Positions 40,430-51,184 of a DNA stretch of 64,000 nt are shown in pieces. The position numbers and the translations under genes are program-made. Source of the stretch: Thermodesulfobacteriota bacterium (lineage in GTDB: Bacteria; Desulfobacterota; Binatia; Bin18); NCBI GenBank assembly GCA_964291405.2, contig OZ219926.1, positions 2,880,001 through 2,944,000 on the forward strand, in the 5' to 3' direction. The notes under the pieces were generated by a model. The model searched no databases. It had not been told where the DNA came from and was given only the letters and a program-made list of their open reading frames with translations. Positions within the stretch are counted from its first letter, which is position 1, and each line of letters starts with the position of its first letter.

Positions 40430-41731
40430 ATGGGTATCTTGTTCAACACCCCTGACCCTTCTACTGGACCCCGGTACCGAAGCAATCACCCCGGTTCGCT
40501 TCTACTCTTTGGATTGGTGCTTGTCTTTTTGTTGGAGACGGGCTCGCTGGCCGCCAATCCTCTCCTGACCGGCGAAGCCTTTGATATGCCGGGAGACGGC
40601 GGGGGCAGCATCGGCCTGCGCTGGCAAGGAGATTTTGAAGAGACGGGAGAGGCTCATTACCAGATTGTACTCAGCGACCGGGAGCAGGGCGTATTTCAGC
40701 CGGTCGCAACGATTCCGGCCAATACTCACCACGAAAAGGACCGTGCGGCTCCGTGGTGGGTGATCGGCACCCCACAACCGCGGGTGCATTTCTTTCAGGT
40801 CAGCACGGTCGCCGATAGCCCGCTACTGGATGGGACGCGCTACTTTGTGAAAATCCGTGCGCTCATTGGAGACGAGCAACTCGAGAGTCCGGTGTTCTCC
40901 GCCGTGCCTCAGCCGAACTGGTTTCAGTGGGCCAAGCTCAATAATTTTCTCTTCATGCTCACCTTCGGTGCGGTCGTCCTGTTCTCGATTCGCTCGGCCC
41001 GGACGCAGCCCACGCTCTTTCTCCGCCGTATTCCCGGCATTGATGCCATTGAAGAAGCGATTGGCCGGGCCGCGGAAACGGACCGCCCGATTCTCTACCT
41101 GACCGGCAGCGGCGAGTTAACCGGTCGCGGCGACGCGTCCAATATGTCGACGATTGCGGCCACCGTTCTGCTGGGCGAGGTAGCGAAGCGGTCGGCCGTG
41201 TCCGGGACCGCCATCACAGTCCCGCACCGCTCGCCCATTGTCATGGCCATTGCCCAGGACATGGTCAAAGACGCCTACCGGACGGCTGGTCGACCGGATG
41301 CCTATGCTGACGAGAGCAATTTTTTTATTGCCGCCGACCAGTTTGCGTATACCGCGGCGGTTGACGGCATCATGTTGCGCGAGCGGCCCGCAGCGAATTT
41401 TTTCATTGGTTATTATTACGCGGAGTCGCTGTTATTGGCCGAGACCGGCGCCGCAACCGGCGCGATGCAGATTGCCGGGACGGATGCCGAGCACCAGTTG
41501 CCGTTTTTTGTTGCCACGTGTGATTACACCCTGATCGGTGAGGAGCTGTACGCTGCCAGCGCGTATCTTTCGCGCGACCCCGCGCTGGTCGGCACGCTGC
41601 GCGGCCAGGACTTGGGAAAGGGCTTCTTGCTCGTCGGTCTGGTGGTGGGAACAGGGCTGCTCACCCTCGGCGAGGTGACTGGTATGACCATCTGGGAGAC
41701 GGCCGTGCAGATATTGCACGATTTTCGTTAG
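40430..41731 (+). CDS. Membrane protein: FN3-like domain plus DUF6754-like domain
   Basis: IGLRW..YFVKIRA; RRIPGIDAIEEAIGRA.E, AESLLLAE, QLPFF..CDYTLIGEELYAASAYL; start uncertain. Confidence 0.7.
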   Translation: MGILFNTPDPSTGPRYRSNHPGSLLLFGLVLVFLLETGSLAANPLLTGEAFDMPGDGGGSIGLRWQGDFEETGEAHYQIVLSDREQGVFQPVATIPANTHHEKDRAAPWWVIGTPQPRVHFFQVSTVADSPLLDGTRYFVKIRALIGDEQLESPVFSAVPQPNWFQWAKLNNFLFMLTFGAVVLFSIRSARTQPTLFLRRIPGIDAIEEAIGRAAETDRPILYLTGSGELTGRGDASNMSTIAATVLLGEVAKRSAVSGTAITVPHRSPIVMAIAQDMVKDAYRTAGRPDAYADESNFFIAADQFAYTAAVDGIMLRERPAANFFIGYYYAESLLLAETGAATGAMQIAGTDAEHQLPFFVATCDYTLIGEELYAASAYLSRDPALVGTLRGQDLGKGFLLVGLVVGTGLLTLGEVTGMTIWETAVQILHDFR

Positions 41732-41741
41732 GTTTGGAGAG

Positions 41742-41796
41742 AAAGAGTAAACGTATCCAGCATCTGCATGCCTAGTGGAGGACACGTTTACTCTCT
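41742..41796. repeat. AAAGAGTAAACGT palindromic element (copy 3)
   Basis: AAAGAGTAAACGTATCC...GGACACGTTTACTCTCT. Confidence 0.85.
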
Positions 41797-41803
41797 GAGG
41801 AAT

Positions 41804-42445
41804 ATGCGCTTCTGGCAACAGACCCTGCCCCTCTTGATCACGTTTGTGTTCGGGCTGGCGTTGGTTCTGCAATACTATGTGCCTCATCCGGCTTCGGAGC
41901 ATTTTCTGCAGGAGATTTCGCTCTGGAGTCAAATTATTGCCGGATTCGCCATTGTGCTTGGCGTCGGGAGCTTGCTGTCAGCCCACTACCAAAAAATTGC
42001 GCGTCAGGAGGCGGGCTGGGGCTATAGTGCCGTGCTGTTTGTGTCGCTGCTGACCGTATTCGGGGCCGGGCTGTGGGCTGAGGGAAAATCCGAGGGAACA
42101 TTCTTCGGCTGGCTGTACGACTATGTTCTGGTTGCGCTCCAGGGAACGATGTTCTCGCTGCTGGCTTTTTTTGTCGCGTCCGCGGCCTACCGGGCCTTTC
42201 GGGCGCGCACGCTTGAGGCGACGATTCTGCTCAGCGCGGCAGTCCTGGTTATGGCAGGTCGGGTGCCCCTGGGTGAGTCGTTACTCCCCGGGGTCGGCGC
42301 GCTTGCCGACTGGATCATGACTGTGCCGAACACGGCGGCACAACGCGGGATTCTGATTGGCGTCAGCTTGGGCGCCATTGCTACCTCGATCAAAATCATT
42401 TTTGGGATCGAGCGCGCCTATCTGAGCGGGGGTGACGATGCGTAA
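41804..42445 (+). CDS. Polytopic membrane protein of unknown function
   Basis: About 6 TM segments; TMFSLLAFFVASAAYRAFR. Confidence 0.75.
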   Translation: MRFWQQTLPLLITFVFGLALVLQYYVPHPASEHFLQEISLWSQIIAGFAIVLGVGSLLSAHYQKIARQEAGWGYSAVLFVSLLTVFGAGLWAEGKSEGTFFGWLYDYVLVALQGTMFSLLAFFVASAAYRAFRARTLEATILLSAAVLVMAGRVPLGESLLPGVGALADWIMTVPNTAAQRGILIGVSLGAIATSIKIIFGIERAYLSGGDDA

Positions 42446-43262
42446 GTTTGCCGCCCGTCTGTTGCAATTGGACCGGCGTTTCATCTTTGTACTGATGAGC
42501 GTAGTGACCTTGCTGCCTCTGCTCTACCCGCTTGGTCTGCCCGTCCGCATTTCACCGGAAACGCAGCAGCTCTACGATACGCTGGAGCGCCTGCCCGAGC
42601 GCTCGGTGGTGCTCTTGTCGCTGGATTATGACCCTGCCTCAAAGCCCGAACTCTACCCCATGACCGTTTCTCTCCTCCGCCACGCTTTTGCCAGAAACCT
42701 GCGCGTTGTGGCCCTGACCCTGTGGCCGGCGGGCACGAGTATGGCGGAGTCTGCAGTCACGCACGGCGCCGAGGAGGCCGGAAAAACAGACGGGACGGAC
42801 TACGTCTTCCTCGGTTATGGACCTGGAGAAGCCAATGCCATTATCAGTTTGGGGCAGAGCCTGACCAATGCCTTTCCGACCGACTATGCGGACCGAAAAA
42901 CCGAAACGCTACCCGTGCTCGCAGGGGTCCGCAGCTTGCGTGATATTGACTACGCCATCAGCCTCAGCGCCGGCTTTCCCGGCCTCGACACCTGGTATGT
43001 CTACGGCAAGGAAAAATATGGCTTTGAGCTGGGCGGGGGCTGTACCGCGGTCAGCGCACCCAAGTTTTATCCCTTACTGCAAACCGGCCAAATCAACGGC
43101 CTGCTCGGCGGGCTCCGCGGCGCGGCCGAATATGAAACCCTCCTCAATCAGACCGGCAAAGCGACCGCGGGCATGGACGCGCAGTCAGCTACCCATTTTC
43201 TGATTATCGGTCTGCTCATTGTCTGTAACGTCTGCTACCTGCTGGGCGGGAGAAAAGAGTAA
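42438..43262 (+). CDS. Membrane-anchored protein of unknown function
   Basis: N- and C-terminal TMs; DYVFLGY, GGLRGAAEYE, MDAQS. Confidence 0.75.
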   Translation: MRKFAARLLQLDRRFIFVLMSVVTLLPLLYPLGLPVRISPETQQLYDTLERLPERSVVLLSLDYDPASKPELYPMTVSLLRHAFARNLRVVALTLWPAGTSMAESAVTHGAEEAGKTDGTDYVFLGYGPGEANAIISLGQSLTNAFPTDYADRKTETLPVLAGVRSLRDIDYAISLSAGFPGLDTWYVYGKEKYGFELGGGCTAVSAPKFYPLLQTGQINGLLGGLRGAAEYETLLNQTGKATAGMDAQSATHFLIIGLLIVCNVCYLLGGRKE

Positions 43263-43308
43263 ACGTGTTCTCCACCAGACGTGCAGATGCTGGACATGTT
43301 GACTCTTT
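43254..43308. repeat. AAAGAGTAAACGT palindromic element (copy 4)
   Basis: Opposite internal orientation to copy 3; supplies a stop codon. Confidence 0.8.
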
Positions 43309-43317
43309 AGGGCGCGT

Positions 43318-44064
43318 ATGACTCCTGAGACTCTGTGTGGTGCCTGGGTGGCCGCAGGTTTAAGCCTGTGTATCTATTCGTTTCTGTACCGGGATAATCC
43401 GTTCTTTAAGCTGGGCGAGCACATCTTTGTCGGCGCGTCGGTCGGCTATCTGCTGGTCATTACCTATCATGAGGTCATGCTCAAAAAGCTCGCCGTGCCG
43501 CTTATCGAGCAGCACGAATGGCGTCTGGTCATACCACTCGTCCTCGGCCTGTTGATGTTAGCCCGGTTTGTGCCCCGTCTCGCCTGGACCAGTCGTCTGG
43601 CGTTTGCCTTTATTCTCGGCGTGAGCTCAGGGGTCGCGATTCCACGCCTGCTATCCTCGTTCGTGCTACAGCAGGTCCAGGGGACCTTGAAGCCCCTCGT
43701 TGCGACCGGTCCCACAGGGGTCAGCTTCGGCCTGGCCGAATTGAACACCGTCCTCATCCTGATTGGTGTTGTCAGCGTCCTCGTCTATTTTTTCTTTTCC
43801 CTTGAACATACCGGGAGCGTGCGTCGCGTGGCCCGCCTTGGGATGTATTTTCTCATGATCTCCTTTGGCGCGGCCTTCGGCTACACTGTTATGGCGCGGA
43901 TGTCGCTGCTCATCGGTCGGTTTGACGAGCTGATTCTGTATGCGACGCCGGAGTATGGCCATGCAACGGTCTGGCTACTCGGCCTCGTAACGGGCGGGCT
44001 GGTCTGGTGGCAGCGACGTGTTCGCCAGGCGCAGACCCAGGCGCCACCTGACGGCGTGGAATAG
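43318..44064 (+). CDS. Polytopic membrane protein of unknown function
   Basis: SFLYRDNPFFKLGEHIFVG, FGAAFGYTVMAR. Confidence 0.75.
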   Translation: MTPETLCGAWVAAGLSLCIYSFLYRDNPFFKLGEHIFVGASVGYLLVITYHEVMLKKLAVPLIEQHEWRLVIPLVLGLLMLARFVPRLAWTSRLAFAFILGVSSGVAIPRLLSSFVLQQVQGTLKPLVATGPTGVSFGLAELNTVLILIGVVSVLVYFFFSLEHTGSVRRVARLGMYFLMISFGAAFGYTVMARMSLLIGRFDELILYATPEYGHATVWLLGLVTGGLVWWQRRVRQAQTQAPPDGVE

Positions 44065-44104
44065 ACAGATCGGCGGACACACGCGGGCCCGTCGCGGGCA
44101 AGGA

Positions 44105-44542
44105 TTATTTCTCGGCTTCTTCGGACTGGTCCGGTGTCTGCGCTTTTTCAGCCAGGGCAATGACCTCGCTCGTCGCGCCGACCTCGGGCGTTTGGAGACG
44201 GGTACCTTTGATACGGGCCGCCTTACCGGAGCGTTGACGCAGATAGTAGAGCTTGGCCCTCCGGACCCTTCCCCGAGCGATGACTTCGATCTTCTCAATG
44301 CGCGGGGAGTGCACGGGAAAAATACGCTCGACCCCGACCCCATAGGACACTTTCCGAACCGTAAAGGTCGCCCGGTTGCCCTTGCCGTTCGAGCGGCTGA
44401 TGACCGCTCCCTCAAAGACCTGAACCCGTTCTTTGTCGCCTTCAATAATCTTGGCATGGACGCGAACGGTATCCCCTGCCTTAAAATCCGGAATATCAGT
44501 CTTCTGCTGTTTGGCCTCAATGGCGGCAAGTAGGTTACTCAT
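44105..44542 (-). CDS. rplS: 50S ribosomal protein L19
   Basis: [30 protein letters not shown]. Confidence 0.97.
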   Translation of the reverse strand: MSNLLAAIEAKQQKTDIPDFKAGDTVRVHAKIIEGDKERVQVFEGAVISRSNGKGNRATFTVRKVSYGVGVERIFPVHSPRIEKIEVIARGRVRRAKLYYLRQRSGKAARIKGTRLQTPEVGATSEVIALAEKAQTPDQSEEAEK

Positions 44543-44640
44543 GATGCTGTTCTCCTCCGCGCTCTTTGCGTACACTGTGCGGCAGGTGGGACGAACGATG
44601 AAGCTATGCCTCACCTGAGACAGAGAGGTGTAGTATTGCT

Positions 44641-44697
44641 AAAGAGTAAGCGTGTCCTCCAAATCATCGTGTACAAAGCTGGACACGTTTACTCTTT
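44641..44697. repeat. AAAGAGTAAACGT palindromic element (copy 5)
   Basis: AAAGAGTAAGCGTGTCC...GGACACGTTTACTCTTT. Confidence 0.85.
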
Positions 44698-44772
44698 ACA
44701 GCCGTGTGTTTGCTGAGTACGGACGGCGAGGGCTTACTGCTCTTTTTGTACTACCCTGCTGCTGGCAGACGG

Positions 44773-45336
44773 TCAAGATGGCGTCCCCAGCAGGCGGTCA
44801 AGCATAATGGCCGCGGCCGCACGAACGGACAGATGGTTATACGCTTTACACCCTTGAATTGGCTCAAGAATTGCCTCTGCCTGGGCAAACACCTCCTGTG
44901 TCAGCCCCCAGCCGGTCCCCAAAAGCAGGAGGATGGGGCACTGCTCGCGTTTCAGACTTTCACGCAGGTCAGCAAAAGTCAGGCGGTCTTTTCCGCCCTT
45001 TGCCGATGTCGCAATAACGCGCGGCGGCTGGCCTGCGCTCCGGGTAATGACCGCCCGAACCTCCTCAAGAGAGTCAGCCAGAGAGACAATGGACAGAGCG
45101 TCTCTACGGGTCTCGTTATACACGCTGCCATGCCCGCTCTGCCAATGGTCGAGGATTTTCTCCGCCAGGGCCTGAAGCGCCCGGACCGGATGGACCACGA
45201 AATACCGTTTTACTCCGTAAGTTAAGGCCGACCGGGCAATATCGTGAATATCCATATTGGTAATGGAAGTGGTCACGACTTTCTGCGTTTTGTCGTACAC
45301 AGGGTGATGAATCAGTGCGATATAGACGTCGGCCAT
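44773..45336 (-). CDS. SPOUT RNA methyltransferase, trmD-associated
   Basis: ALIHHPV, TNMDIHDIAR, GTGWGL, YNHLSVR. Confidence 0.88.
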   Translation of the reverse strand: MADVYIALIHHPVYDKTQKVVTTSITNMDIHDIARSALTYGVKRYFVVHPVRALQALAEKILDHWQSGHGSVYNETRRDALSIVSLADSLEEVRAVITRSAGQPPRVIATSAKGGKDRLTFADLRESLKREQCPILLLLGTGWGLTQEVFAQAEAILEPIQGCKAYNHLSVRAAAAIMLDRLLGTPS

Positions 45337-45374
45337 AAGCGCCTTCGCTGTGTGGTGCAGATCGGTCTGGGTTT

Positions 45375-46106
45375 CTACGTGTCCGTATCATCCATCTGCG
45401 TGAGCCAGCGGCGTTCTTCGGGGCTCAGGTCAGCCTTTTTAAGCAGGTCCGGCCGACGTGTACGGGTCCGGATAAGCGACTGTCTGCGTCGCCACCGGGT
45501 GATGTTCGCATGATGGCCGGATAACAGTACGTGTGGAACCGACATCCCGCGGAACTCTTCCGGCCGGGTATACTGCGGATATTCGAGCAGTCCCGTACTA
45601 AAAGACTCGTCTTCGGTTGATTCTTTCCGCCCGACCACACCCGGAATGAGCCGAGCAACGGCATCGATCAAGACGAGGGCCGCCACTTCTCCCCCGCTGA
45701 CAATATAGTCTCCAATGGAAATCTCTTCATCGACAAAGGCCAGAACCCGTTCGTCTACCCCTTCATAGCGGCCACACACCAGGACCAATGCTTCGCAGGC
45801 CGCCAGCTCGGCCGTTTTGGCCTGGGAAAGCGGCTGTCCTTGAGGAGAGAGGAAAATCCGCCTCGGATTGTTGAGGGGCACACTCACCGCTTCGATCGCA
45901 TTGACCAGGGGCTCAGGGGTCATCACCATACCCCATTCTCCACCATAGGGCGTATCGTCCGTTGAACGATGTTTGCCCGGTGCATAGTCACGCAGATTGT
46001 GCACGCAAAACGAGAGGATAGCCTTGTCCTGGGCTTTCTGTAACAAGCCGGTCGCCAGCGGCGAGGTAAACCATTCCGGGAAAATGGTAATAATGTGAAA
46101 CTGCAT
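45375..46106 (-). CDS. trmD: tRNA (guanine-37-N1)-methyltransferase
   Basis: [32 protein letters not shown]. Confidence 0.97.
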   Translation of the reverse strand: MQFHIITIFPEWFTSPLATGLLQKAQDKAILSFCVHNLRDYAPGKHRSTDDTPYGGEWGMVMTPEPLVNAIEAVSVPLNNPRRIFLSPQGQPLSQAKTAELAACEALVLVCGRYEGVDERVLAFVDEEISIGDYIVSGGEVAALVLIDAVARLIPGVVGRKESTEDESFSTGLLEYPQYTRPEEFRGMSVPHVLLSGHHANITRWRRRQSLIRTRTRRPDLLKKADLSPEERRWLTQMDDTDT

Positions 46107-46114
46107 ATGGCTAT

Positions 46115-46168
46115 AATGAGTAAACGTGTCCCCCAATCATTTATCAAGGCTGGATACGTTTACTCATT
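46115..46168. repeat. AAAGAGTAAACGT palindromic element (copy 6, compensatory variant)
   Basis: AATGAGTAAACGTGTCC...GGATACGTTTACTCATT; supplies the rimM stop. Confidence 0.8.
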
Positions 46169-46702
46169 TTCGAGCAATCCCTCGGGCGGGTCGATAATGA
46201 CCTGGCGATCTTCGATGGCGATCGTCCGTATCACCTCTTCAACAACCGGGATCAGGTATTCTTTTGCTCCATTCCGCACCACGAAGACATCATGGCCCGG
46301 GGTCGTAAGAACCTCCGCAATAGTCCCGATAGATTCTTGCGTCAGAGTTCGGATAGGCAGTCCGATCACCTGATAGTGGTAGAACTCACCCGCCTGAAGG
46401 TGGGGTAAGTCTGTCTCGTCCGCAAACAGGCTCGACCCGCGCAGTGCTTCGGCCCGATTGCGAGACTCTACCCCGACAAACTTCAAGAGGAGACAAGATG
46501 CGTGCGGCCGGACCTGTCTCAGTTCGAGGCTCTCTTCCGAGGCGTCCGTCTTTCGCAGCGTGACCCACAGGCCGGGCCGTAGCGTCGGGCAGGGGGAGGA
46601 GTGGGGGAGGAAGCGAACCTCTCCCCGAACACCATGCGTATTGACCACACGACCAAGTTCAATCCGTGTGGCTGGGCTCGGGCGACTATTTTTCTTCGAC
46701 AA
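46160..46702 (-). CDS. rimM: Ribosome maturation factor RimM (start uncertain)
   Basis: GRVVNTHGVRGEV, EFYHYQVIG, DPPEGLL. Confidence 0.9.
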   Translation of the reverse strand: MSKKNSRPSPATRIELGRVVNTHGVRGEVRFLPHSSPCPTLRPGLWVTLRKTDASEESLELRQVRPHASCLLLKFVGVESRNRAEALRGSSLFADETDLPHLQAGEFYHYQVIGLPIRTLTQESIGTIAEVLTTPGHDVFVVRNGAKEYLIPVVEEVIRTIAIEDRQVIIDPPEGLLENE

Positions 46703-46922
46703 TCTCAAGGACAACTTTGCGGTTTGTACGGGAAGCCGCCGCATTGAGCAGGGTCCGAATCGACTTCGCCGTACGCCCCTGTTTGCCGATAATACGGCCC
46801 AGGTCTTCCTTAGCCACGCGCAACTCAAGGATGGCCGCGGTTTCTCCTTGGATTTCTGAGACCTCGACTTCATCCGGGTTGTTCACCAGCGCCTTGGCGA
46901 GGTATGTAACAAGGTCTTTCAT
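46686..46922 (-). CDS. khpA: KH-domain RNA-binding protein
   Basis: DLGRIIGKQGRTAKSIRTLL; between rpsP and rimM. Confidence 0.92.
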   Translation of the reverse strand: MKDLVTYLAKALVNNPDEVEVSEIQGETAAILELRVAKEDLGRIIGKQGRTAKSIRTLLNAAASRTNRKVVLEIVEEK

Positions 46923-46945
46923 AGTCTTCTCCCCGTACCCCAGAT

Positions 46946-47194
46946 TCAGGTTTCTTGTGCGCGCCCTGCCTTCTTGATGAGTCGAGCAACCGTCTCGGTC
47001 GGTTGAGCCCCGTTCTTCAGCCACTCTGTCAGCCGGTCCTGCTTAATCTCGATCAGCGCCGGGTCCTGAGTCGGATCATACGAGCCGAGCCGTTCGAGAA
47101 ACCGCCCGTCCCGGGGCGACCGTGAGTCCGCAGCAACAATACGATAGAAGGGGCGCTTTTTCGCCCCGTGCCGAGCCAGTCGAATTTTTACCAT
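46946..47194 (-). CDS. rpsP: 30S ribosomal protein S16
   Basis: [20 protein letters not shown]. Confidence 0.97.
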   Translation of the reverse strand: MVKIRLARHGAKKRPFYRIVAADSRSPRDGRFLERLGSYDPTQDPALIEIKQDRLTEWLKNGAQPTETVARLIKKAGRAQET

Positions 47195-47200
47195 AGTTTT

Positions 47201-48559
47201 TTAGTGTCCCCAGGCCGGGAGGGAAAGGCGTTTCTTCATTTTCTTTCCTCCGCCGGCCCCGGAAAGCCTCCTCATCATCTTTTTCGCTTCGAGATATTGC
47301 TTGAGAAACCGATTCACTGCAACCACCGAGGTACCGCTGCCCTTGGCAATCCGTTTGCGGCGGCTGCCGTTCAGGAGCTCCGGCTTCCGACGCTCTTCTT
47401 TTGTCATGGAGCTGATGATTGCTTCAACATGTTTGAACTCTTTTTCTGCCCCGTCCATATCGGCACCCTTGAGCATTTTCTTCGCGCCAGGCAGCAGGCC
47501 CACCAAATCCGTGATGGAGCCCATTTGTCTGACCATGCGCATCTGCTCTTGAAAATCTTCCAGGGTAAACTGATTTTTCCGGAGTTTCTTTTCCAGGACC
47601 TCGGCCTGCTGTTGGTCGTAGACCTTTTCGGCCTTTTCGACCAACGACAGCACATCACCCATGCCGAGGATACGCGAGGCGATACGGTCCGGGTGAAAAG
47701 GTTCCAGGGCGTCGAGTTTCTCCCCAATACCGGCAAACAGAATGGGCGCGCCGGTGACGGAGCGTAAGGACAGGGCGGCCCCACCCCGGGCATCCCCTTC
47801 AATTTTGGTCAGGATGATGCCGTCAATGGAGAGCCGCTGGTGAAAGCCCTGCGCGACATTCACCGCTTCCTGGCCGGTCATGGCGTCGGCCACCAGCAGG
47901 GTTTGATGCGGCTGGAGCATCGTTTTCATCCGTTCCAGGTCGGCCATCAACTCGGCGTCGACCTGCAGACGACCGGCGGTATCAACCACCGCAACATCAC
48001 AGCCCCGTTTTTGCGCTTCGGCAATCCCGGCTTGGGCAACGACAATCGGGTCGGGAGCCGAGCCGTCGTTCGGGGTTGGATAGACCGGAACGCCGAGCTC
48101 TTGGGCGAGAATGGTGAGCTGATCGATAGCGGCCGGACGAAAGGTATCTGCCGGAATCAGGTAAGGAGTACGCTTCCGTTCGAGGGTCAGATAGCGGGCG
48201 AGTTTCCCCGCCGTCGTCGTTTTTCCGGAACCGTTCAGGCCAACGAGCAGAATGACGACCGGGGGTCGGGCCGACAGATTCAACTCGGTCTGCTCTCCGC
48301 CCAGGAGCGCGACCAACTCGGCATTGACGATTTTAATGAGCTGTTGGCCGGGCGACAGGCTGGCGAGCACGTCCTGACCAAGGGCCTGCGTCCGAATCCG
48401 TTCGATAAAGTCTTTGACCACGCGAAAATTGACATCGGCCTCCAGCAGGGCCAGCCGCACTTCGCGCAGCGCTTCATCAATGTTCTTTTCGGTCAGTCTG
48501 GTGTGTCCGCGCACCCGGCGCAACACCCCATCCAGCTTTTCTCCCAAGGCCTCAAACAT
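47201..48559 (-). CDS. ffh: Signal recognition particle protein
   Basis: ALLEADV, GSGKTT, DTAGR, DARGGAAL, RILGMGD. Confidence 0.97.
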   Translation of the reverse strand: MFEALGEKLDGVLRRVRGHTRLTEKNIDEALREVRLALLEADVNFRVVKDFIERIRTQALGQDVLASLSPGQQLIKIVNAELVALLGGEQTELNLSARPPVVILLVGLNGSGKTTTAGKLARYLTLERKRTPYLIPADTFRPAAIDQLTILAQELGVPVYPTPNDGSAPDPIVVAQAGIAEAQKRGCDVAVVDTAGRLQVDAELMADLERMKTMLQPHQTLLVADAMTGQEAVNVAQGFHQRLSIDGIILTKIEGDARGGAALSLRSVTGAPILFAGIGEKLDALEPFHPDRIASRILGMGDVLSLVEKAEKVYDQQQAEVLEKKLRKNQFTLEDFQEQMRMVRQMGSITDLVGLLPGAKKMLKGADMDGAEKEFKHVEAIISSMTKEERRKPELLNGSRRKRIAKGSGTSVVAVNRFLKQYLEAKKMMRRLSGAGGGKKMKKRLSLPAWGH

Positions 48560-48681
48560 GCTGATTCACACCATTTTGTCCAATCTTCCCCACATACAGA
48601 AACAGGGGTGGAAAGTCAAATCAAACGCGCCTTACGAGGGCTTTGCTTGCGCAGGGTCTCGAAATCGGTTAGCTGTGAGGC

Positions 48682-49110
48682 ATGGCAGCAAAGCAAAGCA
48701 AATTCCTGATAGGAGCCCTGCTCATCGTCGGCGCGGTTGGCTATCTGATCTATACGAGCATACAGGAAACCAAAGTATATTACTTCACCATAGACGAGTT
48801 TCTCCTGAACCAGGAGGCGATGACCAATACCGACGTCCGGGTTGCCGGTCGGGTGCAGGCTGGCTCTATCCAGTGGGACCCGGCGGCGCTCACTCTGACG
48901 TTCAGGCTGACGCCCATTGAGCCGGGCACAATTCCCGTCGGCGCCATCCCGACAGGGGTTGCGGTTTCCTACCAGGGAATTTTGCCGGATATGTTTGCAG
49001 AGGGTCGAGACGTGATTGTCGAGGGCCTGTATACGCCGGACCAGCAGCTCGTTGCGTCGACGATCATGACGAGCTGTCCATCAAAGTATGAGCCTGAAAT
49101 CGAAGCCTGA
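48682..49110 (+). CDS. ccmE: Heme chaperone CcmE, CxxxY variant
   Basis: YQGILPDMFAEG..TSCPSKY. Confidence 0.88.
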   Translation: MAAKQSKFLIGALLIVGAVGYLIYTSIQETKVYYFTIDEFLLNQEAMTNTDVRVAGRVQAGSIQWDPAALTLTFRLTPIEPGTIPVGAIPTGVAVSYQGILPDMFAEGRDVIVEGLYTPDQQLVASTIMTSCPSKYEPEIEA

Positions 49111-49186
49111 GCACTCTCTCGGCACCGAGCGACCGCGGTCCCTATTTTTCCGTTTCCAGTCCGGTCCCCTATAGAATAGTTTATCC

Positions 49187-51184
49187 ATGACCCATATTGG
49201 TACCCTTGCCCTCTATCTTGCGAGTTTATTAGCCGTCTACGCCATTGTAACCAGCCTGTGGGGCGTTCGGACACGGAGGACGGCGTGGATTGCCAGCGGA
49301 ACCCAGGCCGCCTATGCGGTCGGCGGTTGCGTGGTCGTGGCGTCAATCGCCCTGCTGCACGCCCTTCTGACGCGGGATTTTAACGTCGAATACGTGGCGA
49401 GCTACTCCAGCTCCACCCTCCCTCTGCATTATACGGTCGCCGCGTTTTGGGGCGGGCAAAAGGGCTCCCTCCTGTTTTGGGCGCTGATTCACTGCCTTTT
49501 TTCGGCGATCGTTCTCTTTCAGAATCGCACCAGAAACCAAGAGCTGATGCCGTATGTGACGGCGACGCTCATGATCATTGCCTTATTTTTCCTCGGCCTG
49601 TTGTGTTTCATTACCCCACCGTTTGAACGGCTGTCTTTCATCCCGGACGAGGGCTCGGATCTCAACCCACTACTCCAGAATTACTGGATGACCATTCATC
49701 CTCCGGCCCTGTATTTAGGATTTATCAGTGCGTCTGTCCCGTTCGCTTTCGCCATAGCCGCCCTGGCCACGGGGAAACTGGGTGACGTGTGGATCAGGAC
49801 CACCCGGCGCTGGGCCCTGACCTCCTGGTTTTTCCTGTCTTTGGGCAATTTGCTGGGCGGTCGTTGGGCCTATGAAGTGCTGGGATGGGGTGGCTATTGG
49901 GCGTGGGACCCGGTTGAGAACGCGGCGATTATGCCCTGGTTTACCGCAACCGCCTATCTCCACTCGGTCATGATCCAGGAAAAGAAAGACATGCTCAAGG
50001 TCTGGAATATGACCTTAGTCATCCTGACCTTTGTGCTGACGATTTTCGGAACCTTCCTGACGCGCAGCGGTGTGATCTCGTCCGTCCACTCTTTTACCCA
50101 GTCCGGTCTGGGACCGTATTTCCTGACCTTCCTGGCCTTTATCCTGACCGTTTCAATCGGGCTGCTGCTCTATCGTCTGCCGGACCTGAAGAGTGAGAAT
50201 GAGTTCGACTCCCTGTTATCCCGCGAGGCGGCCTTCCTGTTTAATAATCTCATCCTTGTCGGTCTTGCCTTTGCCACGTTCTGGGGAACCATTTTCCCCA
50301 TCCTGTCCGAGTGGGTCCGGGGCGTAAAAATTACGGTCGGTCCGCCGTTCTTCAATCAGGTGAACGGCCCGCTCGGGGTGCTGTTATTGTTCCTGACCGG
50401 TATCGGGCCGATTATTGCCTGGCGGCGGGCAAGCTGGAGCAGCCTCAGACGGCAGTTTGCCATTCCGCTTGTGGTCGGACTGGCCCTGGGCGGCCTGCTT
50501 TTTATGCTGGGCTACCGCAACTACTACGCGGTCGTGATTTTCTCTCTGGCCGGATTTGTCCTGGCCGGTATCCTGGCTGAATTCTCCCGCGGAACACGTG
50601 CCCGACAGGTGATGCTGCACGAAAGCCCGCCTCAAGCCCTGGGCCGTCTGGTCGGCAAAAACCCACGCCGGTACGGTGGCTATATTGTGCATGTTGGTGT
50701 GGTCCTGATTTTTTTCGGGGTGGCGGGCGCGCTCTTCACCATTGAAAAACAGATTACCGTGAGCGCGGAGCAGTCTTTTGAGGTGGGTCGCTATACCCTC
50801 CTCTACACGGGGATCACGGAACGGGAAGATGCGCATATTGCCGCCCAGGTTGCTACGGTAAACATTCTGGTTGACGGACAGCAGATCGATACCATGCATC
50901 CGGAAAAACGCTTCTACAAAAAACAAAACCAGCCTACCACCGAAGTCGATATTCGACCGACCCTGGTGGAGGACCTCTACCTGGTTCTCGGCAGCTACGA
51001 TGAGCCGTCGGGCCTGGCAACCTTTCAGGTCTTCATTAACCCGCTGGTGTCCTGGATTTGGATTGGGGGGCTGATCCTGATTCTGGGCACCTGTGTCATC
51101 ATGGCCCCGAATCCGGCGGAACGACAAGCCTTTGCCCTGGCGCGGGCATCGGAGGACATACGGGGGCAAGCCGTTGCGGAATAG
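49187..51184 (+). CDS. ccmF: Cytochrome c heme lyase CcmF
   Basis: IHPP, WGGYWAWDPVEN, TRSG..SVHSF. Confidence 0.95.
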   Translation: MTHIGTLALYLASLLAVYAIVTSLWGVRTRRTAWIASGTQAAYAVGGCVVVASIALLHALLTRDFNVEYVASYSSSTLPLHYTVAAFWGGQKGSLLFWALIHCLFSAIVLFQNRTRNQELMPYVTATLMIIALFFLGLLCFITPPFERLSFIPDEGSDLNPLLQNYWMTIHPPALYLGFISASVPFAFAIAALATGKLGDVWIRTTRRWALTSWFFLSLGNLLGGRWAYEVLGWGGYWAWDPVENAAIMPWFTATAYLHSVMIQEKKDMLKVWNMTLVILTFVLTIFGTFLTRSGVISSVHSFTQSGLGPYFLTFLAFILTVSIGLLLYRLPDLKSENEFDSLLSREAAFLFNNLILVGLAFATFWGTIFPILSEWVRGVKITVGPPFFNQVNGPLGVLLLFLTGIGPIIAWRRASWSSLRRQFAIPLVVGLALGGLLFMLGYRNYYAVVIFSLAGFVLAGILAEFSRGTRARQVMLHESPPQALGRLVGKNPRRYGGYIVHVGVVLIFFGVAGALFTIEKQITVSAEQSFEVGRYTLLYTGITEREDAHIAAQVATVNILVDGQQIDTMHPEKRFYKKQNQPTTEVDIRPTLVEDLYLVLGSYDEPSGLATFQVFINPLVSWIWIGGLILILGTCVIMAPNPAERQAFALARASEDIRGQAVAE